From Polyangiaceae bacterium (GTDB taxonomy: Bacteria > Myxococcota_A > Polyangia > Polyangiales > Polyangiaceae): a stretch of DNA of 55,607 nt. The notes below the pieces were generated by a model that was not told the origin of the DNA, did no database searches, and saw only the letters and a list, made by a program, of their open reading frames with translations. Each line of letters starts with the position of its first letter. Within the stretch, counting starts at the first letter, position 1. Positions 10,098 to 18,392 of this stretch are shown here, in pieces. Where the stretch lies: NCBI GenBank assembly GCA_033763455.1, contig JANRKO010000048.1:1-55607 (forward strand). Reading direction: 5' to 3'. The translations under genes and the position numbers were made by a program.

Positions 10098-10571
10098 ATG
10101 AAGACGGACGATCGAGGCCCGGCCCTCGTCGCGATTGGTGGCCGGATCAAACAACGACGCAGAGAGCTCCGCATTACGCAGGAAGCTCTGGCGGAAAAGG
10201 CAGGACTCTCGAAGAGCTTCGTAAGTGAAATCGAAGGAGGGCAGGCATCAGCGGCGGGCCTGATGTACCTGAAACTCGCGAAGGCGTTGGAGGTGTCTGT
10301 CGAGTGGCTCCTGACTGGTGAGACACCAGAGCGGCCAATCGTGAGGCCGAGCGACGTGGAGATCCCGGCTTTCGTCGCCGACGTCGCTGAGGAGCAGGGT
10401 TGGTCGTATGGTGACACGCTCGACGTTGCGGCGGCGCTGGAGACCTATGTCGCGCGACGAACTAGGGGGCGCCGCGTGCAACCAGGCCGTGATGAATTGA
10501 TCGCCCTAGCCGAGGCTCTCCGACGCCTGCAGCCTACCACCCATACCCACGAGACAAGAAAGAAGCGTTAG
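10098..10571 (+). CDS. capH: XRE HTH regulator divergent from CBASS (CapH-like)
   Basis: IKQRRRELRITQEALAEKAGLSKSFVSEIEGG...LAKALEVSVEWLLTG; immediately followed by an HExxH peptidase remnant. Confidence 0.75.
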   Translation: MKTDDRGPALVAIGGRIKQRRRELRITQEALAEKAGLSKSFVSEIEGGQASAAGLMYLKLAKALEVSVEWLLTGETPERPIVRPSDVEIPAFVADVAEEQGWSYGDTLDVAAALETYVARRTRGRRVQPGRDELIALAEALRRLQPTTHTHETRKKR

Positions 10572-11040
10572 GTGAAGCGGGGCGGGGACGACATCGATCG
10601 AGATCCGGAGGTTGGGCGGATTGCTCAGGTGCTCGGCATTTCGGGCTCGGGCTTGAGCAAGAAACTTGTGCGCGTCCGCCGTCCATCGTGTCACGGCCCA
10701 CATGGACCGCTTCGAGATCGAGCCGCCAGCTTGGCGGACGTACACGCGGTCGTGCTGGATCTGACCAGGGCAAAAGTCGAGCTCGTTAAGGACGACGACG
10801 ACCTTGAGAGGTTCTCCAAGAAATACGCGAAGAAGCAGGCGGCGTGTTCAGCTCGCTTTCGAATTCGCGTGGAACACCGAAGCGCTTGTGTTTCGCGACG
10901 ACGATACCGATCCGCGACGTCCCAGCTACACCGCGCTGGTCGACTCCGCGCGGTGAACGGGAGGATCGAGCCTGGTTCGGGGAACGACACGAGCCCGCCC
11001 ACCTACTCATCCCGGATCCGTCGGGCGACGAAGTCGCTAG
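10572..11040 (+). pseudogene. capP: ImmA/IrrE-family metallopeptidase (CapP-like), multiply frameshifted and truncated
   Basis: Joining frames gives ...EFAWNTEALVFR...YTALVDS/RGEREDRAWFGERHEPAHLL (HExxH); begins directly after the HTH stop. The breaks may be sequencing errors. Confidence 0.65.
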
Positions 11041-11337
11041 TTTTGCCCCCTCCCGCCAAGACCGCCCTGCCCCCAATTTTTTGAATTAAAAATATTCGTT
11101 CAAAAAAAACTAAAGGTCAAGATGCCTTTCCTGCGGGAAACATGCCCGATTTGAGCGATATTGGGTATTAAATTTAAATGCCGAATATATTCACCAGAAA
11201 TTGCGAAAGCCCTACGCCTCTTCGCATGGTGCGTGGAGGCGTGAACCCTCTTTCGCAAGGCTCTGCCGGCTCCCGCCTATCTCACCGAGCGATCAGGTCA
11301 CCAGCACGCATGGGTTCCGGAGCCAAGCCCTCACGGC

Positions 11338-11366
11338 GCGCAGGGAGCCCCAGCGTCTCCCTGCGC
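11338..11366 (-). terminator. GC-rich hairpin downstream of the duplicated lipoprotein fragment
   Basis: GCGCAGGGAG-N9-CTCCCTGCGC, 22 bp past the stop; no U-tract. Confidence 0.35.
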
Positions 11367-11388
11367 TCGTGATCCCAAGAGTGTTCGC

Positions 11389-12093
11389 CTACTGGCAAGT
11401 CCCCGCGCTGCAGACCGTGCCGCCACCGGCGACGCAATCTTCAGCGAATGAGCATGTCCCAGCGTTAGCCGGCGCACAGCTGATCACCACACTGGATGCC
11501 TCCTGCGGGCAGCTGCCGCAGCTCAGCTCATTGCCTTGCGCGTCGTAATCGCAACCAGCCAACGGCGCCGCGCCCAACTGACAAGGATCGCCAACGGTGC
11601 CAAGCGTGAAGCTGCCGTCGGCTGCTGTTTCAGTGAACAATGCGCTATCAACAATGCTTCCGTCGGGGCATTCCGCTGCGTAGCCATCGCAAATCGTGAA
11701 TACTGAGTTGTTTCTGTATCCTCGACCTGCGTGCAACTTTTCACAGCATCGTCACCGTCGATACTCTCAGTCCACGTGAAGGAATTACTGCCCACGTAGT
11801 TAGCCTGATGAGTTACTGAAATGTAAATGTTCACGCCATGAACCGTAAGGTTCACGTCCGGCTGATCGAACGGGATCACAGTGGGGGTGGAGGAAATGGG
11901 ATGATCGATCCCTTTGGCAACCAAAGGTGAAGGCGTGAGGGGGATACTCAGAGCCGCTTCGCAAGTGCCCTCGTTGCAGATGTTTGGAGAGGTGCAGTCG
12001 ACGTCGTCCAAGCACTGTGTGCCAACTGCCGGGGGGCAAACGATATCCTCACCACCCCGGCCAACGGCGCAGATGCCGCAGGGCTGCTCTACG
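11389..12093 (-). pseudogene. 5'-truncated, frameshifted paralog of the Cys-rich lipoprotein gene at 18393-19823
   Basis: Colinear with 18393-19098, with differences mostly at third codon positions; 1-bp deletion near 11711 (gttgtttctg vs gttgttttctg). Confidence 0.9.
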
Positions 12094-13420
12094 AGGGTTG
12101 GCCGCGACGCGTATGCTTCCGTCCTCCGGCGGCGGCTGCGTCGGCGCTGCCAAGGAAGGGCAACTGTCCTACACGGGCCTCACCCTGCACCACGACGAAG
12201 GCTTCCTGTTTCGCCCGCGTGATCGCGTTGTACGCGAGGCGCCGCTTGTGTTCATCGTTGCCGCTCACCTCATAGGGCCAGAGCACAATGACCCGGTCGA
12301 ACTCGCGGTTCTTCGCCTGGTGAATCGTCAGCGCCACGAGACGACGCTCCTCTCGGTTCGAGAAGACGCGCCCCTGGTGAACGACTTCCTTCACGACTGC
12401 GCGAAGCTCGGCCGCGCTGAACTCGGTGCGACCAAAGAGACGGCGCTGGCGCGAAAGCCACGAATGCACTCTCGCGGAGCGCCCCTTGCTAGCAAGCGTC
12501 AGATCCTCAATGCGAACGTGCGCATCGTCCGCGTCTGGCAGTGCAATTTCACGGCAGGTCTCGGTGATCTGGTCGTCTGGTATTGACTCCCAGTGGAGCT
12601 TGAACGGCCCGACCTTCCACTTCTGTCCGAGCGGCGGCTCGCTCCGCACGCGCTCGACGAGCTGCCTCACGAACTGCGAGCGAGTGGCGCGAACGGGGGT
12701 GATGACGGCGACGGTCCCGAGCTTGAGCCACTTGGAGATCTTAGCGGCGACCTCGTACGCACCGAGTCCCCACGCCGAGACCCCCTTCAACCCGAAGCCC
12801 CCGGACACGGTGACGGCCTGCCCGCTTCGCAGAGCGGATGCTGCCGCGAGCAGCCCCGCGTTATTCGTGCGGTGCGTCGTCTCGAGCACGGTCCGAGCTC
12901 CCTGCTCGCGGGCCCACTCCACGCTCGGACAGGAGGCCTCGCCGTCGAGGTCCTGGAACGGGTCTCCCGCAGCGATGCACTCGCACCGCATGGCTAGCCC
13001 GCGCAGAAGGCGAAGCTGGCTGTCCTTGCTGTCCTGTAGTTCGTCGACGATGACAATAGGGAACGACACCGCGACCCACTTCTGCACGGAGGGTTCCTCG
13101 AGCAGGCGCCCAGCCAGAGCGCATCGCGCGTCGAACTCGGAAGGCAGGTCCCCCGGCGCAAGTACACGCGCAAGCGAACGCCATCGCGTGATCACGCGCG
13201 ACGCGAAGCTGTCGATCGTGACCGACTCGAAGCGGCCCTTCAGCCCCACGACCCCGTGGAGCCGCTCGCGAACTCGGCGACGACTGCCGTGCATCTTCGT
13301 GAGCGCGAGGATGCGCTGATGTTCACCGAGGGGCGTGGCCGCAAGACGCTGACCGAGGCGCTCGACGACCATCGTGGTCTTGCCCGTGCCCGCGCCGCCC
13401 TCGATGAACTCTACGCTCAC
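12089..13420 (-). CDS. gajB: Minimal UvrD-like SF1 helicase (GajB-like)
   Basis: GGAGTGKT, TIDSF, IVDELQD, GDPFQDL, TIHQAKNREFD and YNAITRAK motifs; 443 aa; 4-nt overlap with the upstream OLD nuclease. Confidence 0.8.
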   Translation of the reverse strand: MSVEFIEGGAGTGKTTMVVERLGQRLAATPLGEHQRILALTKMHGSRRRVRERLHGVVGLKGRFESVTIDSFASRVITRWRSLARVLAPGDLPSEFDARCALAGRLLEEPSVQKWVAVSFPIVIVDELQDSKDSQLRLLRGLAMRCECIAAGDPFQDLDGEASCPSVEWAREQGARTVLETTHRTNNAGLLAAASALRSGQAVTVSGGFGLKGVSAWGLGAYEVAAKISKWLKLGTVAVITPVRATRSQFVRQLVERVRSEPPLGQKWKVGPFKLHWESIPDDQITETCREIALPDADDAHVRIEDLTLASKGRSARVHSWLSRQRRLFGRTEFSAAELRAVVKEVVHQGRVFSNREERRLVALTIHQAKNREFDRVIVLWPYEVSGNDEHKRRLAYNAITRAKQEAFVVVQGEARVGQLPFLGSADAAAAGGRKHTRRGQPS

Positions 13421-15255
13421 GGCTCAATCCGCAGGACGGTGGTGGCGGCCGTCGACTTCTCCTCGTCCTTCACGAGCCCCGTGCAGCCTGCGTGAGAGCC
13501 GAGGGCGGCCCGTGTGATGGCGTTGAGGACGAGACGAGCGCGCTCTCGGCACGCCTCGCTGTCGCGGATGACGCCTGCGATTTCCTCGTAGGCGAGATAG
13601 TCGGTCTTCGCCCGGCCCGGGCCATCCTTGGTCTTGAACTTCGCTAGCACGTCGGCGACCGATGATGCGCTCCAGTTGAGGCGCTCGTTGAGCGGCGGGA
13701 GCACAGCGGCTTCATCGGCGCTCAGAATCCACATCACCGCGTCCTCGATCTCCCAGCCCTCGCGCCAGGTGAGGACCGTCTTCGGGGCGTTGGTCGCTTT
13801 CAATAACCCGGCCAGCTTCTTCTGCCCTTCACTGTCGCCATCGACCATCGGCACGACGCCACGATGAAGCCGACGAAGCTCCTCGTACGTCTCCTGCACG
13901 GCCGAGGAGTGCGTGGGTACGACACCGACGACTGCACCGAATGGCGTGGCTTCGTCGGGCGTCGCACCGAACGCGTGCTCCCCGGTCTCCACAACATCGG
14001 ACAGCAGGCGAAGCCACTCGTGGTCGCCGCGCCCTTCGGGTACGAGCACCCGGTGGTGCATCAGCGCGTCGACGATGCGTGATCGATCGTCGAGGTACAG
14101 TTTGCGCTCAACAGATGTTGCGGTCGGTGCAAGCGACTTCGCCAGCATGGGCGTCGCGCTCAGCGCGCCACCCGCGCGGTCGATAACCAGCGTCGACGTC
14201 GCGGGGTAGAATGCAGCTACACGCGGCGCGTGGCTCGTGCAGATCGTCTGCTCCGAGATGGCGACGGCCTGAGCCACCAGCTTCCGTTGCAGGCCCGGAG
14301 GCACATGCAGCTCGGGTTCCTCTAGGGCGAGGATGAACGGCAACCCCTTCTTGCGACGCTCGCGCCCGATCTCAAGCAGGAGCACGAAGGTCTGCAGCGA
14401 GAGAATGCCGGTTCCATGCCGGCTTGCAGGTAGCACCGCCCCGCCCGAGGGGGCGTAGTGCGGCACGAGACCTCGAAGCAGCGCCTCGGAGTCGGTAGCC
14501 GTGAGGCGGAGCTTGAGCTGCGGAGCATCGGCGAGCAGTTGGCGGAACTGCTCGTTCATCCGTTCGACAAGCGGCTTCAGCAGCGCATCGTCCTCAAGTG
14601 GGTTCGTCGGAGCGCGAAGTCGATCGCGTTCGGCGAGCAACGTCTGCGCTGGGATGCCTCCCAGCGTCGCGACGGCACGCCGGAACAGCTCCGACGCGAA
14701 GGAGACCGTCGCCTCCCAGGTGCGACGCACGGGTAGCACGAAGAAGCCGATCTCGTTGAGGAGTCGGTTCGGAAACTGGTTGACGGCGTCCTCGTCGAAC
14801 GGGTCCACCGCGTCGTCGTCGTCGTGGAAGTAGCGAAGCTGCTCGACCTTCAGGTCCTCGTGGTCGAATCGCGCCGCGAGGCCGATCTGCACGCACAGAG
14901 TTGCGGCGTGGGCCGACTGTTGCGGCTCGACCGTATTCGTCTTCGCGTTCCACCACTTCGGCACGCCCCGCCCGTCGCGGAACCACTCGTGGTGGTCATC
15001 GGGTTCCTCGGTGGAGAAGCCGCCAATGGTTGCGACGAGACGGAATCGCGTCGCCTCGGCGGGCGCGCTCCCGAAGAAATCATGCTCGGTCAGCTCGCGC
15101 ACCAGCTGCGTGCGGCCGAACGTGAGGGAGAGCGCATCGAGGATCGTGCTTTTGCCCGAGCCGTTCGGTCCGACGAGTGCGGCGTGCTGGCTGAAGACGA
15201 CGCGGGCCTTGCGAACACCACGAAAGCCCTCGATGTCGAGCGCAAGTACTCTCAT
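13417..15255 (-). CDS. gajA: OLD-family ABC-ATPase/TOPRIM nuclease (GajA-like)
   Basis: IEGFRG, GPNGSGKST, LEEPELHVPP, TSHAP; TOPRIM motifs VPEG..D, VDGDSEG and EIED. ATG at 15255 preceded by AAAGAGG. Confidence 0.83.
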   Translation of the reverse strand: MRVLALDIEGFRGVRKARVVFSQHAALVGPNGSGKSTILDALSLTFGRTQLVRELTEHDFFGSAPAEATRFRLVATIGGFSTEEPDDHHEWFRDGRGVPKWWNAKTNTVEPQQSAHAATLCVQIGLAARFDHEDLKVEQLRYFHDDDDAVDPFDEDAVNQFPNRLLNEIGFFVLPVRRTWEATVSFASELFRRAVATLGGIPAQTLLAERDRLRAPTNPLEDDALLKPLVERMNEQFRQLLADAPQLKLRLTATDSEALLRGLVPHYAPSGGAVLPASRHGTGILSLQTFVLLLEIGRERRKKGLPFILALEEPELHVPPGLQRKLVAQAVAISEQTICTSHAPRVAAFYPATSTLVIDRAGGALSATPMLAKSLAPTATSVERKLYLDDRSRIVDALMHHRVLVPEGRGDHEWLRLLSDVVETGEHAFGATPDEATPFGAVVGVVPTHSSAVQETYEELRRLHRGVVPMVDGDSEGQKKLAGLLKATNAPKTVLTWREGWEIEDAVMWILSADEAAVLPPLNERLNWSASSVADVLAKFKTKDGPGRAKTDYLAYEEIAGVIRDSEACRERARLVLNAITRAALGSHAGCTGLVKDEEKSTAATTVLRIEP

Positions 15256-15776
15256 GCGACTGCCTCTTTTCGGAACTGGTAGTTCGCGATGAACGAGGAC
15301 GACGTGGTGGCGTCCCCTCGGGCCACGCGGTTCGACAGCAAGCACGATGCAAAGAGCGCTTGCTCGAAGAGTCGCGGCGAGTACGCCCGCAGGTCTGGCT
15401 GGAGAACCGCGCGAAACGCCTCCAGCCGTTCCATGTTAAGGGGCATGAGAGGTTGACGGGCGAAGAGGGCACGGACGAGGCGCGCCGCGCGTTCACGGAG
15501 AATGTTGTTCTCGGGCGCGGCATTTACCGCGAGAAATCTGTGTGTGGGCCCCCTTACCCGTATGTTTGCCAGGTCCGCTGCATCCCCCTGGCCGACCGAC
15601 CGCGGGGCAGCCTGTCGCTGAGGCGAAGACGGATGGCTCCAGAGAACATCCAGGCGAGGCCTATCGAGAACCTCTCCGTCCGGAAGCGGCATTCCAACTT
15701 CGACAGCCGGCCCGAAGCCAAGCTTGCTCCCCATCGTTACTACGTGCTCGTATTGTTCGTTCGTGGCATTTCGCAT
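15252..15776 (-). CDS. Hypothetical protein coupled to gajA, possibly a degenerate PD-(D/E)XK-like protein
   Basis: ATGA overlap with gajA; G.KLGF...EV...RLDVLW resembles the start of a restriction-endonuclease fold, but no clear (D/E)xK follows. Confidence 0.45.
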   Translation of the reverse strand: MRNATNEQYEHVVTMGSKLGFGPAVEVGMPLPDGEVLDRPRLDVLWSHPSSPQRQAAPRSVGQGDAADLANIRVRGPTHRFLAVNAAPENNILRERAARLVRALFARQPLMPLNMERLEAFRAVLQPDLRAYSPRLFEQALFASCLLSNRVARGDATTSSSFIANYQFRKEAVA

Positions 15777-16233
15777 TGGATGAAGAAGTTACCCAGCGGT
15801 CGGAGGGTTGGGTTGGGAACGACTTTTACCAAGCCGCGCCGAGAACATGGAGCGAAATATTGGTGGACTGTGACAGACAGTGTCACTTGTTCATCTGTTC
15901 AGGACTGTGATACGGGGCTGGCCTTGAGGCTTCGGGCCTGGCGGGTCGAGGCGTCCTCCTCTAGAGGCCTGCCGACCACAACCGGCAAACACCGCCTCAT
16001 GATCCCTCGCGTTCTCAAGCCAAAAGCGGCTCACTACAGTACTATCAGAAGCGGCACACTGCGGAACCTGGTCGCGCTAGAGCACACCCGGTGCGTTCGT
16101 AGCGCAACGGAACGCGGCGCAATAGGTTGCTCTGGGACGCGGTCCAAGGCAACAGCTGGGCAACACCTTTACCGAACCGCACTTGCCAACCGTGGGGTCT
16201 TGGGGCGCCCTCGACCTTGTTCAAAGTGGAACG

Positions 16234-16713
16234 TCACCGATTCTGGAAAGTGAGGACAGCTTCACTAATCCAAGCGCCGTCGTAGCTTCTGCCCGAAATT
16301 CTTCGCCAATGATTCGCGATGTTTGTTCCGGGAGTTGCCACGCGGTCGCAGACTCGAATGGCAAACCCGCGAGCAAGCTGACCGATTTGCTGGCCCGCTG
16401 GTTCTTGTCGAACCACTGCAACATCGTACGGTCCGGTGTATGTGACGATGGCATCTTCGCAGGTCTGAACTGCTGGTGCAGGAAGTGCAGCTTCCACCGG
16501 AGCCGGCTGCTCCACGATTTCGCTGGCCGCCGCGGAACCCTGTGGCTTCATCTCCCCTTCCCTAAACGCCGCCATCAGCCCGAGCACACTCAGCGCCGCC
16601 ATAGCCAAAAAGGATACACCTGCGATCACAGCCAGCCATGTTGGTGAGCTTCGGTAGTCAGCGTCTGAGTTCGCGTCATCATCGAGCTCAACCCGCTTGC
16701 TTTCCTCGGACAT
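16234..16713 (-). CDS. Single-TM protein with C-terminal SH3b-like domain
   Basis: One TM helix, Pro/Ala linker, then AVVRQEP..QIGQLARG..IRV...WRRI...GAWIS...L pattern. Confidence 0.6.
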   Translation of the reverse strand: MSEESKRVELDDDANSDADYRSSPTWLAVIAGVSFLAMAALSVLGLMAAFREGEMKPQGSAAASEIVEQPAPVEAALPAPAVQTCEDAIVTYTGPYDVAVVRQEPAGQQIGQLARGFAIRVCDRVATPGTNIANHWRRISGRSYDGAWISEAVLTFQNR

Positions 16714-16737
16714 GGGCTTCTATTCTCGGCGGTTGTC

Positions 16738-18102
16738 GTGGGAGAAGCAACAACCGAGTTCACAACCTATTGTCCTGCGTGCGGGCAGGCCCTGGCGCTC
16801 TCGGCTACTAAGCTGTCGCCCTACATTCGATGTCCGAGATGCAGCCAGAAGCTGACAACGGCCGAGCTCGTCGGGCACTCCGTTCCAGTGCCACCCGTGC
16901 CGGCGTCTGCGCCCCCTTTGTTGAACACAAATCCCGAACCGGCAGCGAGCGGTACTGGCGCCATCGCAGAACCCATCGAAGAAGTCGCGCTGTCGCCCTC
17001 GCTCGCGCAATCGTTCGACCCTCTCGGTCGCGTTTCCGGGTTCGGACGAAGGGTCTTGACCGCCTGCGAGAGGCTCGATCAACTCTTGACTGGCAAGCGC
17101 GTCTGGGTGCTTTCGATTGCGGCGCTGACTTCGGGCGTCGTGGCGCCGTTTCTCGATTCGATGCCAGGGGACGATTCACGCCTACTGGGCCCATTTACGG
17201 CGGTCGCTACGGTTGTTTTCCTCTTTCTGTGCTGGTTGTTTGCATTTGCGTTTGCCGGTAGCCTGCGGAACGAGGATGGGGGATGGCAAGGCGGCCTCGT
17301 GCTTGTGCGCGTTCGCGCCGCCTTTGTGGACTTGTGCGCAAGGTTCACCGAATTTCACGAATCCACCGGCCGTCAGAGGTGGCTAATCTTGTCTTGGGTA
17401 ACACTGTTAGGTGGTGTGGCGGTGTTAGGCGCCTCGAAGGGATTGGCTCTGGCTTTCATGGCGCTATCAGAGATCGGGGTGCACTCGACGCTGGGCGGTA
17501 GCGCAGCCCAGCTGGCGGAGTTTGGATGGCCCCTGGTGGTTTTGGGGGGTCTCACCTGGTTGCTCTCGAAACTAGGGCAACGAAGCACTCACGCGGCCTC
17601 GGAGGCGGAGTTACGCGTGTCGACCGACGCAGCGCGCCGTCTTGGGGCTATCATCAACTTGGACGGGCGTGCACGCGACTTTGGAGAGGTTACGCTCGTG
17701 CACGAAGTACTTACCGCGCTCAGCAAATGGAAGACAAGGAGATGGTCCTCAGAAAAGGAATACCAGGATTCACTGGAGAGGCACCTCGAACGGGCGATCC
17801 CTCAGCTCCAGTTAGAGCGTGAAGTAAAAATGGGAGCAACGCGTCGCGATGGTAAGGCCGACTTTGTTGTTGCGAATGCGATTATCCTTGAACTGAAACG
17901 AGGCTTTCGAAAGAAGTCGGAACTCGATCGAATGGTGGGGCAAATGAGAGGCTATGCGAGGCGGTGGCCGGAAAGACCGGCGATCTTGGTGGTGTTCGAA
18001 GCCTCCGTCGACGACGTCTTGAGCGGCCCCGTTACCCCAGAACTTGAGCAACTCCACGCTCACCAGCCGATGCTAACCGTACGTATGCCGACGCCTAAGT
18101 GA
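16738..18102 (+). CDS. Zn-ribbon + about 4 TM + C-terminal PD-(D/E)XK (GxxExxY-like) nuclease domain protein
   Basis: CPACG...CPRCS; four hydrophobic segments; SEKEYQDSL...EREV...KADFVV...IILELK...GQMRGYA. Confidence 0.78.
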   Translation: MGEATTEFTTYCPACGQALALSATKLSPYIRCPRCSQKLTTAELVGHSVPVPPVPASAPPLLNTNPEPAASGTGAIAEPIEEVALSPSLAQSFDPLGRVSGFGRRVLTACERLDQLLTGKRVWVLSIAALTSGVVAPFLDSMPGDDSRLLGPFTAVATVVFLFLCWLFAFAFAGSLRNEDGGWQGGLVLVRVRAAFVDLCARFTEFHESTGRQRWLILSWVTLLGGVAVLGASKGLALAFMALSEIGVHSTLGGSAAQLAEFGWPLVVLGGLTWLLSKLGQRSTHAASEAELRVSTDAARRLGAIINLDGRARDFGEVTLVHEVLTALSKWKTRRWSSEKEYQDSLERHLERAIPQLQLEREVKMGATRRDGKADFVVANAIILELKRGFRKKSELDRMVGQMRGYARRWPERPAILVVFEASVDDVLSGPVTPELEQLHAHQPMLTVRMPTPK

Positions 18103-18342
18103 CCAAACGCCGCAGTCGACTGTCGCCCAATTTTCTGCCGTGTTGCTACGACTACGGAAAACATCCACGGCCTCGTGGCAATGCATGGCCTCATAACAGG
18201 CCTTTTTCTCCTCGGGATCACCAGCACCAGAGCCTAAGAGCTTTGTCATTTGGCTCAATGTGGTGTGCTAGCCGGAGCACCCCGAAGTTTGTCCCGACAC
18301 ATCCTGTACCGGAAACGCCGTAAGCTTCTTTTACTTCAGCTA

Positions 18343-18376
18343 ACGAGCGAAGAAAGAAGGCTCTCTCCTCGCTCGT
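18343..18376 (-). terminator. Hairpin downstream of the lipoprotein gene
   Basis: ACGAGCGA...TCGCTCGT stem with a purine/pyrimidine-rich extension, 16 bp from the stop. Confidence 0.4.
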
Positions 18377-18392
18377 GGCTACGCGTTAAATC

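Noticed and set aside
11389..12093. Assembly duplication of 18393-19098
   Set aside because: Differences are numerous and mostly synonymous, which fits real divergence rather than a duplicated read.
15360..16253. 297-aa plus-strand ORF
   Set aside because: No recognisable motifs and Arg-rich shadow composition; it overlaps the minus-strand ORF coupled to gajA.
18338..18391. attC-like site (ATTTAAC...GTTAGCT on the minus strand)
   Set aside because: L boxes are not complementary at the required spacing and R' deviates from GTTRRRY; a simple hairpin explains it better.
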